The position numbers and the translations under genes are program-made. From assembly GCF_001194135.2 (NCBI RefSeq), contig NC_068983.1, positions 63,693,043 to 63,757,042 on the forward strand: a stretch of DNA of 64,000 nucleotides. The letters run 5' to 3'. Origin of the DNA: Octopus bimaculoides. Taxonomy: Eukaryota. The notes under the pieces are model-generated. The model ran no database searches. It had not been told where the DNA came from and was given only the letters and a program-made list of their open reading frames with translations. This document shows, piece by piece, positions 25,201 to 39,400 of the stretch. Each line of letters opens with the position of its first letter. Within the stretch, counting starts at the first letter, position 1.

Positions 25201-25675
25201 TGGAATCTAAAAACAGAAACAATTCCTATCATAGTAGGTGCCTTAGGTATAATAAAAAAATATTCAGACAAATACATAACAAAAACACCAGGACTTACAA
25301 ATATATATAACATACAGAAAATTGCACTACTGGNNNNNNNNNNNNNNNNNNNNNNNNNNNNNNNNNNNNNNNNNNNNNNNNNNNNNNNNNNNNNNNNNNN
25401 NNNNNNNNNNNNNNNNNNNNNNNNNNNNNNNNNNNNNNNNNNNNNNNNNNNNNNNNNNNNNNNNNNNNNNNNNNNNNNNNNNNNNNNNNNNNNNNNNNNN
25501 NNNNNNNNNNNNNNNNNNNNNNNNNNNNNNNNNNNNNNNNNNNNNNNNNNNNNNNNNNNNNNNNNNNNNNNNNNNNNNNNNNNNNNNNNNNNNNNNNNNN
25601 NNNNNNNNNNNNNNNNNNNNNNNNNNNNNNNNNNNNNNNNNNNNNNNNNNNNNNNNNNNNNNNNNNNNNNNNNNN

Positions 25676-25737
<62 letters not shown>

Positions 25738-25740
<3 letters not shown>

Positions 25741-26011
25741 TGGAATCTAAAAACAGAAACAATTCCTATCATAGTAGGTGCCTTAGGTATAATAAAAAAA
25801 TATTCAGACAAATACATAACAAAAACACCAGGACTTACAAATATATATAACATACAGAAAATTGCACTACTGGGCACTGCACACATCCTACGCAAAACAC
25901 TTTCAATACAGTAAACATAAGAGCACCACAGCAAACCACAGCACATACCCAAGGCGCACAGAGCTGCGCTCGGTAGTGAAGTGAAAGCACGTTATAAAAA
26001 TAAAACTACTG
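25738..26011 (+). mobile_element. 5'-truncated Dong/R4-like RLE LINE inserted in (TAA)n; partial duplicate at 25198-25333 across the gap
   Basis: MWNLKTETIPIIVGALGIIKKYSDKYITKTPG..IQKIALLGTAHILRKTLSIQ* is the RLE C-terminus. A ~95-bp 3' UTR follows, and (AAT)n lies on both sides. Confidence 0.85.
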
Positions 26012-26036
26012 AATAATAATAATAATAGCAATAATA

Positions 26037-26071
<35 letters not shown>

Positions 26072-26231
26072 AATGATAATAATAATCTTAGCTTTCTTTT
26101 TTCAAAATACGTTTTGAAAGTTGTTATTTCTCGGGACTCGAACGACCTCTTATAGTTTCTCTCGTTGGCGCGTTTCTCTACAGACTTTACCTAACATACC
26201 AAGGTTGCTGTAAAGTTCATAACCTTCGGTA

Positions 26232-26416
26232 AAAGAAAATACAGGGGAATCAGTTAATTATGATTTTATTCAACATATTCCCGTCTCAGGTTTATACGCG
26301 TATTGCAGCAGTCCTTCAGTTTTCCTAAACCCTGTAAAAGAACTCGGAAGGTTGGGCTTCCAACCAGGTTTTCCGCGATACCTTTCAAGCCAGGAACTTT
26401 TCAGCAGTCCCTCGTA
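26232..26416. mobile_element. Mariner-derived MITE, second copy (one TIR lost)
   Basis: Body matches 10946-11160 and ends AAGCCAGGAACTTTTCAGCAGTCCCTCG-TA. Confidence 0.75.
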
Positions 26417-28438
26417 TAACTGAAAGTTTCTTATCGACGTGGTTTTGGCAGTGTTCATCAAATTCCCTCTTCCGCATCAATATCCTCCTAAATCTTTCCC
26501 ATATGAGAATCAATAGGAATTAATATGCCCCTGCCAGATGTTTTACACTAATCTTGCCTTCTTTTCTACCTATACTTCGCTATTAACAAAGAATAGATAT
26601 GTTAATCGACTTTCCAACAAATAGTTCTATTCTATAACTTTCCTTTATAGTCCATCAACATCCTCTTGAGAAACTCGATGATCAATAATCTTAGTGGCTA
26701 TATTCTTTGAATAATTTCCAAAGGTTCCTGAATGAATCTGCATATAAAAGGGTAAAACCTAACTGTAACCGCAAGCCAAAGTGAAGTAGCACGCACGGGA
26801 GCCTATATGTGGTCGCTAAATTTGCTGGAAATAGCAGTGAAGTCTCAATGGATAACATAATGCTTTGTATCACGGCTGACACTACCTTGGTACTTGACGA
26901 AAAATAAAACGGGGCTATAGGGCAACAACGCGCGGCAATAATTCAAAATGGTCTATTACTGTTCACTTAGTATCCCGACCCTGCTATTATATTCTTTTAT
27001 TTCTATATATAAATCTAGTAGCTTTTATACACACCGTATAGTTATGATGCACAATAGAGCCATTACAAGCAATTTCGAACGTAAATTGAATCATTATTTA
27101 GGAATATTAAGACTATAGTTAAAACAAATGAATTTATAAGCTCAGATATTTATATTTAATTGTAGCTGTGACTTTATTAAATATTTCTCCAAGATATAAT
27201 AAATAAAATTAGATCATATGTAATTGTGAATATTTGAATAAATATACATAAACAAATTCAGATAATTGTTTTTATAGTATGAAATTCATAAAGAAATGTT
27301 AGTCGACATATCCAGCCATCAGGGGACTACATAGCCATAAAAACAACAGACACTAAGGCGACCAGATGAACATAATTCCACAAAACAGTTAGAATAAGAA
27401 ATGCCAGGAACAAAATAACGAAAAACAACAAAAAATGATAATTTAATAAAACAGTGGAGTGTGGTCAGAGATTCTACTGCTTTATCACCCCAACACGATG
27501 TTAAATAAGTTTATAAACCAAGATAGCAAAATAGGCGACGTTGGAAGAGTGGGGTATGAAATTATGAACTGCCTCCTGAAAGAGAGAGAGGAAGAGGGAG
27601 AGAGAGAGAGGAAGAGGGAGAGAGAGAAATTATATGTACAGATCTATCCATCAATCTATCTATCTATCTACCGAGATACATATGTGCGCATGCATGTGTG
27701 TATGTATGTATGTATGTATGAATGTATATATGGGCATATATACATACATACATACATACACACATATATANNNNNNNNNNNNNNNNNNNNNNNNNNNNNN
27801 NNNNNNNNNNNNNNNNNNNNNNNNNNNNNNNNNNNNNNNNNNNNNNNNNNNNNNNNNNNNNNNNNNNNNNNNNNNNNNNNNNNNNNNNNNNNNNNNNNNN
27901 NNNNNNNNNNNNNNNNNNNNNNNNNNNNNNNNNNNNNNNNNNNNNNNNNNNNNNNNNNNNNNNNNNNNNNNNNNNNNNNNNNNNNNNNNNNNNNNNNNNN
28001 NNNNNNNNNNNNNNNNNNNNNNNNNNNNNNNNNNNNNNNNNNNNNNNNNNNNNNNNNNNNNNNNNNNNNNNNNNNNNNNNNNNNNNNNNNNNNNNNNNNN
28101 NNNNNNNNNNNNNNNNNNNNNNNNNNNNNNNNNNNNNNNNNNNNNNNNNNNNNNNNNNNNNNNNNNNNNNNNNNNNNNNNNNNNNNNNNNNNNNNNNNNN
28201 NNNNNNNNNNNNNNNNNNNNNNNNNNNNNNNNNNNNNNNNNNNNNNNNNNNNNNNNNNNNNNNNNNNNNNNNNNNNNNNNNNNNNNNNNNNNNNNNNNNN
28301 NNNNNNNNNNNNNNNNNNNNNNNNNNNNNNNNNNNNNNNNNNNNNNNNNNNNNNNNNNNNNNNNNNNNNNNNNNNNNNNNNNNNNNNNNNNNNNNNNNNN
28401 NNNNNNNNNNNNNNNNNNNNNNNNNNNNNNNNNNNNNN

Positions 28439-28477
<39 letters not shown>

Positions 28478-29689
28478 ATGTATATATACATGCGAGTGTC
28501 TACATGAACAGGAAACATTGAATATTCTATTCTCAAAAAATATTATTAACGATAGGAAACATGGTTTTATAAGGAACTGAGAAAACCAGTTTTACAGATT
28601 GAATGGAATTGCAGGCTGAATGTTTTATCGTGTTTTGTTTCAATGGTTTACACCAAGTGAAAATGCTAGCGAGGTGGATATCGCCTTTTATCCCTTTCAG
28701 CCAGATCAACAAAATCACAAGGAACTGGCACCGAGTCAATCGAGTATATCCACCTTCTATAAGTTCATGGCTTTCTGCCAATACAATTATATAACAAATT
28801 ATTAAATCTATATTCATGACGTAATATTTATGTTTTAGATGTTCTGATACAAAATAATAACCAAAGTAAATATTTCGACTTTATTTAAAATATTGTTACA
28901 ACGATTTCATTTCACACGTAACAAATAGCTATCTCATTCTCCCCTCGCCGATGTTTTTCCACGTCTTTTATTACTCTTATTATTTATGATCCCTCTCCGT
29001 AGAATTAATTACCATGGTAACCATTTCGTAACTATTATACAGCGTGTATATGGGGTGGGGGGGCATACAATCTGCATATCATTTCGTATATTGCTTATGT
29101 ATTAGTTGTAGTTGAACACACTCTTAGTCAGAAGCATTTTCAATCTGTGGTTATTCCATCATAATTGCGATTAGAGTCTGCCCGAAAGCGTTATCTTCAT
29201 TCACCTTATTTAAGATGATTTGGGGGATTTCAGATGCTATTGCTGGCAGTTCAGCCTACTACGTACATACTCCTTTGTCGTACTATTTATAAATGCAGTT
29301 TGTGTAGAAAGCAAATGGTCAATTATATGAAGTACCAGAAACTAAGTTTAAATTTTATGAGATCATATCTATTGTGTTTCGTCATGTATGAAAGCATTTA
29401 ATCGGACACGGTGTGTCTATATACTAAATTTCCTGGAATATGCTTACTATATAACTCTCAACAGTAGAACATGCAACTCAGAACAGCTTAACAGAGGATA
29501 GTATCTACGTGTCAGTTTACTAAATCCTGGGGCTCTTATAGGACAAAAGATGAGTTAGATGTTAATATCGTCATTTATAAAATTAGTATGTAGCTTTTAA
29601 TGGGAAGTTCTAAAAGCAGATTTCTGACGTGTTTTGGAAAATTTGTAACAATTGCTTTCTCCGGAGTCACATCCCTATGATGATCATAT

Positions 29690-30190
29690 TCGTCACAAAA
29701 TCGCCGACAATAATCACTGGATTGCGCAATTCATTTCAATTATTCCCCAAATTTATTTCTAAGTTATAAAAATTGTTATCGTACAAAAAATTTGTCGCAA
29801 AAGTAACGTAAAAAAATCGCCGAAAACAATCACAGTAATGAAAACTTGCGAATTTAAAATTTCAGGATTGCGAGTCCGGATTCGGCCCGAAATGTTTTTA
29901 ATTTACTCACGGAGTCGGCCTTTAGATTATAAAAATTGTTATCGTACAAAAAATTCGTCGCAGATAGTCACATAAAGAAAAAAAAAAAAATCCTAAAATA
30001 ATGGCAGTAATGAAAACTTGGGAATCCAAAATTTCAGGATTGTGGATCCGGATTCGGTGCGAAATGCTTTAATTTACTCACAGAGTCGGCCTAATTCCAC
30101 AATGGTATGATATTTTAGGCTACGGCGTCTAGAAGTATAGTTGAAAACGTGTGACACACTGACACACTGACATTCGCATTTATTATATTA
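29690..30190 (+). mobile_element. Non-coding element with ~165-bp internal tandem duplication and HINE/Helitron-like end
   Basis: 29763-29922 is repeated at ~29925-30092, followed by GTGTGACACACTGACACACTGACATTCGCATTTATTATATT. Confidence 0.45.
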
Positions 30191-30989
30191 AATTAGTAAC
30201 TACAAACACCCGAATGCAGACAGGCACTCATATACACACATGCAAACGCATACTCCCAACGCACACTCATTCCAATGCACGTGTTCACTTATGCCCATAT
30301 AAATTTGGCTATCCTCTGTTTGTAACTTTCATAGAATTACAAATATTTATTATTGCGTCTCTTCTTCGTAAATATGGACTTCCTACGAACGGAAACATCC
30401 GATACTTGAAAGCTTTCATGCAAAATCCTGGTGTCAATGTCTCCAATTTATGACTATAACTTTGTATCATTACTGCTAAAATGTGGTTTTATTGAAGAAG
30501 TGCTGTCATCAATAACTTCGCGCCAGGAATTTGCGAACAATGTTACATAAAGCTTATAGTGTGAAGCAGCAACAATATCTTTTATCTATTACTTGTTTCA
30601 ACCCCCAGCTGCAACCATACTGCGGCACCACCTTCCAGGGTTTTAGTCGAACGAATCAATCCAAGTGCTTATATTTTAAAAATCTGGTACCTATTGTATT
30701 TGTCTCTTCTGCTGAACTGATGAGTGACAGAGACGTAGTAAGCTTACTAACACCGGCTGAAAAGCGGTGGTAGGAGAGAAAGACATAACGAATTGTTAGT
30801 GAAGAAAAAAGAAGGTGTGGGTAAGTGAAAGGAGTGCTTCGCTCACGTGACGCTTTTAAGCGGGTGACACATTTGGGTCTGCTGTGTAAGTCTGTATAAG
30901 ATATGATAAATGGCAGGTAGCAGGTGATAAAGTCAAAGGCTTCCTCGACCGGTGCACACTCTAGTTCCGCCCGCTGGAATGAAAGACAT

Positions 30990-31290
30990 TACCAAGATGG
31001 TGTTTGTTTACACTTTCCCCCTCCGCAAAAAATTCCAAATTGAATGAATTTGCTTTGCGGGAAGGACTGTTCCAAAGAAGTCGCGTATTGTCCTTGCCTT
31101 CGAAACGCAGAGTAGCTGGAACAGGGACAACTGAAAGAACGGAAATATTTTTTATGTTGCATGTCTCGTTTCTCTGTTTGTTTTTTTCGTTGTTCGAAAA
31201 AAAGTTCGTTTTTTGTCTTCGTCTTTATGTTTCCGTTTCTCATTGTGTTTAACGTTTTTTTTGTGATGTCCTGTACCCATATATGCATGT
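30990..31290 (+). repeat. Unclassified interspersed repeat, homologous to 43210-43495
   Basis: Shared TGAATTTGCTTT, TTCGTTGTTCGAAAA and GTCCTGT.CCCA.ATATGCAT blocks in the same order. Confidence 0.55.
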
Positions 31291-31292
31291 AT

Positions 31293-31697
31293 CTCTTTTT
31301 TTTCTCTTTTTACTTGTTTTAGTCATTTGACTTCGGCCATGCTGGAGGACCGCCTTTAGTCGAGCAAATCGACCCCAGGACTTATTCTTTGTAAGCCTAG
31401 TACTTATTCTGTCGGTCTCTTTTTGCCGAACCGCTAAGTTACGGGGACGTAAACACACCAGCATCGGTTGTCAAGCGATGGTGGGGGAACAAACACAGAC
31501 ACACAAACACACATACATATGTATATATATACATACATACGACGGGCTTCTTTTCAGTTTCCGTCTACCAAATCCACTCACAAGGCTTTGGTGGGCCCGA
31601 GGCTATAGTAGAAGACACTTGCCCAAGGTGCCACGCAGTGGGACTAAACCCGGAACAATGTGGTTGGTAAGCAAGCTACTTACCACATAGCCACTCG
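31293..31697 (-). mobile_element. SINE family A, full length
   Basis: Colinear with 6148-6593. Confidence 0.9.
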
Positions 31698-32679
31698 TAT
31701 ATATATAGATTTAAGTACATCATATATGTATGGATATATGCGTATATATATATATATATATATATATATACTCATCAAAGATGAAAATTCGACGACACAT
31801 TAAATCCTGTTAAAGGTGCAACAGCATGAATCAGCTTACAAACTGTATGTCACTCAGCATGGTGTAACGTTCATGTCGTTCAACAGAAAGGAATTGAAAT
31901 CTCATCGATGGTAAATTAGAAAAAACAGTTTGGGGAAACTAAATGTTTACAGTACGAAACATTCATACACACACAGACACACTCACACATGTGTGTGTGG
32001 GTGTATACATAAGTAGACACATATATATATATATTTATATATATATATATATATATATNNNNNNNNNNNNNNNNNNNNNNNNNNNNNNNNNNNNNNNNNN
32101 NNNNNNNNNNNNNNNNNNNNNNNNNNNNNNNNNNNNNNNNNNNNNNNNNNNNNNNNNNNNNNNNNNNNNNNNNNNNNNNNNNNNNNNNNNNNNNNNNNNN
32201 NNNNNNNNNNNNNNNNNNNNNNNNNNNNNNNNNNNNNNNNNNNNNNNNNNNNNNNNNNNNNNNNNNNNNNNNNNNNNNNNNNNNNNNNNNNNNNNNNNNN
32301 NNNNNNNNNNNNNNNNNNNNNNNNNNNNNNNNNNNNNNNNNNNNNNNNNNNNNNNNNNNNNNNNNNNNNNNNNNNNNNNNNNNNNNNNNNNNNNNNNNNN
32401 NNNNNNNNNNNNNNNNNNNNNNNNNNNNNNNNNNNNNNNNNNNNNNNNNNNNNNNNNNNNNNNNNNNNNNNNNNNNNNNNNNNNNNNNNNNNNNNNNNNN
32501 NNNNNNNNNNNNNNNNNNNNNNNNNNNNNNNNNNNNNNNNNNNNNNNNNNNNNNNNNNNNNNNNNNNNNNNNNNNNNNNNNNNNNNNNNNNNNNNNNNNN
32601 NNNNNNNNNNNNNNNNNNNNNNNNNNNNNNNNNNNNNNNNNNNNNNNNNNNNNNNNNNNNNNNNNNNNNNNNNNNNNNA

Positions 32680-32714
<35 letters not shown>

Positions 32715-32792
32715 GTATGTATATATGTATATATATATATATGTATATATGTATATATAGACATATATTTATATAGGTATATATATACATTC

Positions 32793-32826
<34 letters not shown>

Positions 32827-33954
32827 ATATATGTATATATATATAAAACAAGGCAAACTTGAACTGTCTATCATGTCATGTCTGATTGAGAATGGATGAA
32901 CAATAGTAATCACTAGGGTCAATAATTAGAACTAATGATTGTAGGAGAAGTAGGAGTAAGATGAAAATCACCTCATCATACCAGATTTTCTCTCTGAAAG
33001 TTAATGTACAATCGTTAAGATTAAAAGCGAGGCAATCTCAATGGTTAAATGTCTTGTATGTTAGTTTCGTGCAGGAGGCTTCACCGGTTATAGAATACTA
33101 TCAACTCTTTCGCCTGCTTTTCCTGTATCCCATCGCATTAGCCGTAGCTGTTGTTGTTGTGCCCTAGAAAATATAAAGAGGAGAGGTTGCAGCTTTGCAA
33201 TTAGTGCCATTTTCTATATGACTCTGAATTTCAAAAATTAAGCTTATCTTTCATAAGCTAAATTATTTCCATTAATTTACGAGTTACGAAATTTATTCCA
33301 TTAATTTCGCAAATCGGTATTGTTTCCAAATCATTGTGAAAAGATAGATTAATTTTAAGGAAGACGTTTCTATAATAACTTGTATTGTAATCGAAATTTC
33401 TAGAAGTTCTGGTATTTTTTATATAATATGTAGATATTCTTAACAGAATATAAGTAAAACTTCGTTCTTAATTTGAAAATTATCATCAGTCAGCAACGAT
33501 ATGGAGTAAATGAAGCTGGTAGAAATAAAAGGTGTCTTACTGATATACGCAAATGGTATATATCTCATTGATGAATAAGAGAAGGGGTGAAGGTTTGAAA
33601 AATAAATAAGCTTGGTCAAAATACAATTAGTTTAAAACTGAATCGTCCTTTACGTAGCGACCATTCCGTTTGAATAAATTTCTTCAGAATGTCAAGTTAG
33701 AATAAAGGAAAGATAAAATATGACAGAAGTCTGTTTAAATGGTATCCAAACCGAAGTCGTAACAAATTTAATATTACTAACAATTATAAAATTAGATGGG
33801 AGTGAGCGTTGATAAATTTGCAACGGTTAACACCGATGAAAGTGAGAAATTATTGAGTGTTAAATTAAGAAAATGAAGAACATGAAATATTTTATGAATA
33901 CGATAACGGAAAAAAAATGATATATAAAAGTAGGAGCTTAGATTTCTCATCTTT

Positions 33955-34103
33955 AAGGCGGTGAGTTGACAGAATCGTTAGCACACCGGGTAAAATACTT
34001 AGCAAGTATTTGTCGGTCTTTACGTTCTGAGTTCAATTTCCGCCGAGGTTGACTTTGCCTTTCATCCTTTCCCGGTCGATAAAATAAGTACCACTTGAAC
34101 ACT
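33955..34103 (+). mobile_element. SINE family B, 3'-truncated
   Basis: AAGGCGGTGAGTTGACAGAATCGTTAGC..GAGTTCAATTTCC..GCCTTTCATCCTTTCCCGGTCGATAAAATAAGTACC. Confidence 0.8.
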
Positions 34104-35610
34104 TGTGAACTTTAAACGATTTAAGTTTCTCTGTACGTGGGATGAAATATTCTCTAAGGACATTATATATCTCCATAGTATAAAGATTATAAGTGTTATT
34201 ATTCTCGAACATTCACTTCCTTTAACAGATATGGTATTCAATCATCCGTTAGTAAGCAAATATTGATTCCAAAAATTGTCAATGTTGTAGTGTTTTTTAA
34301 AAGCTGTTTTTGTGCGAGAAAATCCTTAATTTAAATAGACAGGAGATCATACTGAGGTAAACTCGGTTGTCGTTGGTACTTCTAAACATTCGTTAGATTC
34401 GAGAGAGCAATTGTTAGGACCAGCGCATTTACGCAAGTCTGTTTCTATTAGTCAATGGCTTCTTTATATTGACAAACTTTAGATGTGCTTTGACGAGCTT
34501 CATTATCGTCAGATTTTGGGGTCGCTGATTACAAATGTTTCATAGTGATCTCATAAAATATTTTGGTGGAATTTACTGTGTTTACCTGGAAATGTTTCTT
34601 AGGGAAATTAAAGCAGATTAAATACAATGCAATACTGAACGGGAATGAGTGTTAGGTTACGTTTCTTTTTCTGCTTTTGATTTTAGTTGGTGGGAGGCAG
34701 ACGTCAGCTGATTATACTCCAAAATACGTAATTAAATTTCAAGCAAAACTGAATATAAAACACCTCTAAAAATATCAGCAGAAGAGGCCGTTACTGATAA
34801 TTTGGTGTCTCCCTAATAATAAAGGAGGTAACTATGAATCTAATAATTTTGAAAGAATGTTTTACATGCTTAATTCTTTAATTATTTCGAAAAGAGCTTT
34901 TACTGTTTTATGAAGTAATATCTTTTTTGCCACTTCATATCTTCAGACTGTAATGTCTTTTTCGTGTTCTTCAGTTAATTATATATAAATTCTTTCAGCT
35001 CAAAGCAAAAAGATGTAGAAATAAAGAATATAAAGAAAATACAAGTAGAGACTGGAAAAGGTTGAATTACAAAATAGCTGCTAATCATTTCGAAATCTAG
35101 GTAAAGTATGGTTTCAATTCAATCTCTTCTGTACTTCACTTTACATTTTACATTTTATAGGTTTCCGAGTCTGTGTCAGGTGATAGTGTTGAAATATAAA
35201 GATACTGATGTATACCTATTTAATTGACCTGGTATTGAAATACATAATTCTGAGGATCATGATAAAAAGTGTAGATGTCTTAATTTCAAGTTAGTTATTT
35301 TAGTTTTTGTTAACTGTTCTTATGGCATCATGATTTATATGGTTCTACATTAACGTCGCTATTCCTTCTCTTATCGAACCGATAAGTTATTCACACTTTA
35401 TTACATATACGAAAGAAAAGCGAAAATAAAAATATAGGTAATATATAAAAATTACGTCAGCTTGAAGTGATATGAAGAATATGAACAAAAATGGTGGCAA
35501 TAAATCATATGGAGTGAACATAAAAACACACATACTGACACACGCATACACATATATACATCCATACATATGCATATAAACATACACTTATGCATACATC
35601 TCTCTCTCTC

Positions 35611-35698
<88 letters not shown>

Positions 35699-36836
35699 TA
35701 TACATATAAATATGCATATTTACATGCTCATTTACACTTATACTATAAAATAAATTACATATCTCGGATATAAGAAACGCAACAGAGGAATGCAATGCGT
35801 GACACCTTTCCTGTAATCGTGAGGAAATTAAAGTGATTCCGTATGATTTACACACCGTTTCAGTTACAACATCCTATTCACATGGAATAGAATAACTTCA
35901 GTTGATGATTGTCATTAAAAATATTCGGAAATTCTAATGAACGTGCTAAAAACATCCAAAGAGCTAATGGGTTAATAACGTCAACACACTGGAAAGTTTT
36001 CATGGTGCAGACAAATTAAGAGATTTCAAATACATTAATCGCTGAAATGATACAGTGAAAAACTTTCTTGTTTAAAGAATTAAAATTGAACTCTTGTTTT
36101 ACACTTTCAGTGAGGTTTATAACACATTTCTATTTTTTATTTTTTATCTCTAATTGCTTTACGAGGTGATTTAAGACGGGTAGCAGCGACTCTATAATTA
36201 ATTGATCGAAGTAGATCTGGAATATCTACTAAAGACAAACAAGCAACATTTCAAATACCATAATTTGCTTTGTATAATTTGTAGCATTATTTCAGTTGCT
36301 ACCGTTACTCTTAATACGACACTATTGCATTTATTCGAAAATGTGTAACAATTTTTATTCACTCAAGTTTGTATGAGTCAAGTGGTTGAGACAGAAATTA
36401 TGGTAATCTTGTTTCTGTTCTAGTGACTGTATTTGCTTATACACATCTGTATAAGGGGCATTAGTTCGGGATAGTATCGGAAAGTCACGTATATATATAT
36501 AATATATATCAGTGATCTTCATTAAGATCGTGCATATGATGTGCAATCAGTGAGACCGTTTTTACTCCTCTAATAGATTTACATTTTGTTGAGAACTTTG
36601 CTGTGGCGATGATAATCTGTTTATAACTTTATGTACGATCGCAATCAGCTAGATCATATAGCAGACCCTTGTNNNNNNNNNNNNNNNNNNNNNNNNNNNN
36701 NNNNNNNNNNNNNNNNNNNNNNNNNNNNNNNNNNNNNNNNNNNNNNNNNNNNNNNNNNNNNNNNNNNNNNNNNNNNNNNNNNNNNNNNNNNNNNNNNNNN
36801 NNNNNNNNNNNNNNNNNNNNNNNNNNNNNNNNNNNN

Positions 36837-36892
<56 letters not shown>

Positions 36893-37427
36893 TATGTATA
36901 TATATATAATATATATCAGTGATCTTCATTAAGATCGTGCATATGATGTGCAATCAGTGAGACCGTTTTTACTCCTCTAATAGATTTACATTTTGTTGAG
37001 AACTTTGCTGTGGCGATGATAATCTGTTTATAACTTTATGTACGATCGCAATCAGCTAGATCATATAGCAGACCCTTGTGTTTGTTAGGTATTTTTCGGT
37101 AAAAAGAATTGAGCTACGTTAATAACTGCATTCTTAAACTGCTCCTTGACACTCAATACTCAACTTCGATTTTACATTCTGGGAGGTATAGTCATTAGAT
37201 GTCAAGTTAATTTGAGCTGATATTTTTTATAAGATTATTTATGTTGTATCCTTCTGATTCTGTAAACGCAGAATAGCCGAATGATTAAGAAAATCGTATC
37301 GCTAAGCCTAGTTCAATAAATACTTAGTTTAACAAGTGCTATTTCCATCTATACACCATTTCCCGACAACTCTTCGGTACTTATGACAACAGATTCTTAT
37401 CGTCAGGTTGAGAGACCAACTTATATT

Positions 37428-37462
37428 ATACTAGCAGTATAACCCGACGTTGTCCGGGTGTG
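37428..37462 (+). mobile_element. Helentron/HINE-like 5' terminus
   Basis: TACTAGCAGTATAACCCGACGTTGTCCGGGT: ACTAG start followed by a short ACCCG/CGGGT hairpin. Confidence 0.45.
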
Positions 37463-37860
37463 ACTTATTACGCCATCTACGATAAGTCTTGCTAGGTGAA
37501 AATCAACTAAAAAAGAAAGCCTTACAATGAAAAAACCCTTATGATGTAAATATGTTCATAATTCAAATGACGAAATTAATAGGGAACGTCTGAAGGCTGT
37601 TTTGTGTAACATTATTAAGTGTACGTAAATTTCATCCGTCTAATTGGCTATACAAATGCTTGTGCAAAACAACTTCTTGCGCTGCCTTGATTATACAAAG
37701 CCGGGTAATTCCTTTTCGCAGGAGCTAGGACGGCAATTTGTGATGAAGCAATTGCTAGCGATCTGTTGCTACACAGTTCTGCCAGAATTCTATCAGATNN
37801 NNNNNNNNGAATAATAATAATAATGACCTCTCCAGATCAAACTCCCAACTCACAACTAAG

Positions 37861-38991
37861 GGTTTTTATATAGAATAGATCCGCACCCGGTGGAAAAATT
37901 GAAAGAAAAATAGTGTTGTAGTTGAAGTGCACCGTATATTGAACAAATATGAAGGAACAAATGCGCGCTGCGAAAGGGGTGGGTGGGGAGAGTGCTCGGA
38001 AAATTCACACAACCCGAGCACTAAATCTCAACGTCCGGTTACAGGAGTGAAACAAAAATCATGTAATACTTCTAATGCAATGTATATTGAACAAATATGA
38101 AGAGTTTTCTTTTATTCTTTTACTTGTTTTAGTCATTTGACTGCGACCATGCTGGAGCACCGCCTTCAGTCGATAAAATCGACCGCAGGACTTATTAAGC
38201 CTAGTACTTATTCTATCTGTTTCTTTTTGCCGAATCGCTAAGTTACGGGGGCGTAAACACACCAGCATCGGTTGTCAAGCGATGGTGGGGGAACAAACAC
38301 ACACACACATATATACGACGGATTTCTTTCAGTTTCCGTCTACCAAATCCACTCACAAGGCTTTGGTCGGCCCGAGGCTATAGTAGAAGACACTTGCCCA
38401 AGGTGCCTCGCAGTGGGACTGAACCCGGAACTATGTGGTTGGTAAGCTACTTACAACGCAGCCACTCCTGCGCCATTACAGAAATGTTTTTCATACAATT
38501 CTCTTTTAGGATTAGGCACACGTGCGCAAAAGGGAACAGTTTGACCGTTGGAATCATGGTCAAATGAATGTTTTCGACACAAAATTCCTTTTGTTTTGCG
38601 AACAAAAGGAATTTTTGCGACGAAGGCATTCATTTGACCATGATTCCAACGGTGTGCCCAACCCTAAAAGAGAATGATTTGAACAGCGACAACCAGTAAA
38701 ACGTGTGATTCCACACACGATATGACATTGAAGAAGGCCAGATCGTTGGATCGATTTGTGTGGAGGTGCAGAAATTGTAGGGAAAGCATTTCTATAAGGA
38801 CGAAGACTTTTATGGAAAAGTCAAAGTTGTCATTGCAGAAAATTTTTCTCATCGTCTTTCTCGAACATATTCCCCCTTCCCTTTCGCAGCGCGCATTTTT
38901 TCCTTCATATTTGTTCAATATACGGTGTACTTCAACTAATACACTATTTTTTTTTCAATTTTTTCACCGGGTGCGGATCTATATAAAAACC
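37861..38991 (+). mobile_element. Non-autonomous Merlin (IS1595/IS1016-related) DNA transposon
   Basis: TIRs of ~130 bp start GG and end CC. Exact 8-bp TSD CAACTAAG (37853-37860 and 38992-38999). Internal KTCDSTHDMTLKKARSLDRFVWRCRNCRESISIRTKTFMEKSKLSLQKI matches the Merlin N-terminal Cys-rich WRC..C..SIR motif; the DDE domain is absent. Confidence 0.85.
38105..38473 (-). mobile_element. SINE family A nested inside the Merlin element
   Basis: Colinear with 6148-6593. Confidence 0.9.
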
Positions 38992-39299
38992 CAACTAAGT
39001 TTCAAGTGTATATATATATGGGCAGCACACACACACATACACACCAAATAAAAAAAATGTTAGTAAGTACAGAATTTCAGCATTATATATTAAGATGGGC
39101 AACATACACACACACTAAATAAAAAAAATGACAGGTATTTGTATGTATGTGTGTATTAATGTGTATTCTGTGTCTATATATGGTAGTAATTAAATGCGTT
39201 TTGAGAAAGATATTTAAACAATTCAGTTTGTAAGGAATAGATGTTTGACTGTCGATCGTATTTGGAAGAGAATGACAGATATTTGTATGTATGAGTGTG

Positions 39300-39400
39300 T
39301 GAGTTCAAATTCCGCCGAAGTTGACTTTGCCTTTCATCCTTTCGGGGTGTAAAGAATAAGTACCAGTTGAACACAGGGATCAATATAATCGACTATTCTC
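39300..39400 (+). mobile_element. SINE family B fragment
   Basis: GAGTTCAAATTCCGCCGAAGTTGACTTTGCCTTTCATCCTTTCGGGG..AATAAGTACCAG. Confidence 0.75.

Noticed and set aside
29763-30092. CRISPR-like or regularly spaced repeat array
   Set aside because: Only two long diverged units, no spacers, and a eukaryotic context. No CRISPR array was seen anywhere in the window.
30717-30740. Hammerhead core CTGATGAG
   Set aside because: It lies in a decayed SINE-A tail, with no stem II or GAAA following; a chance match.
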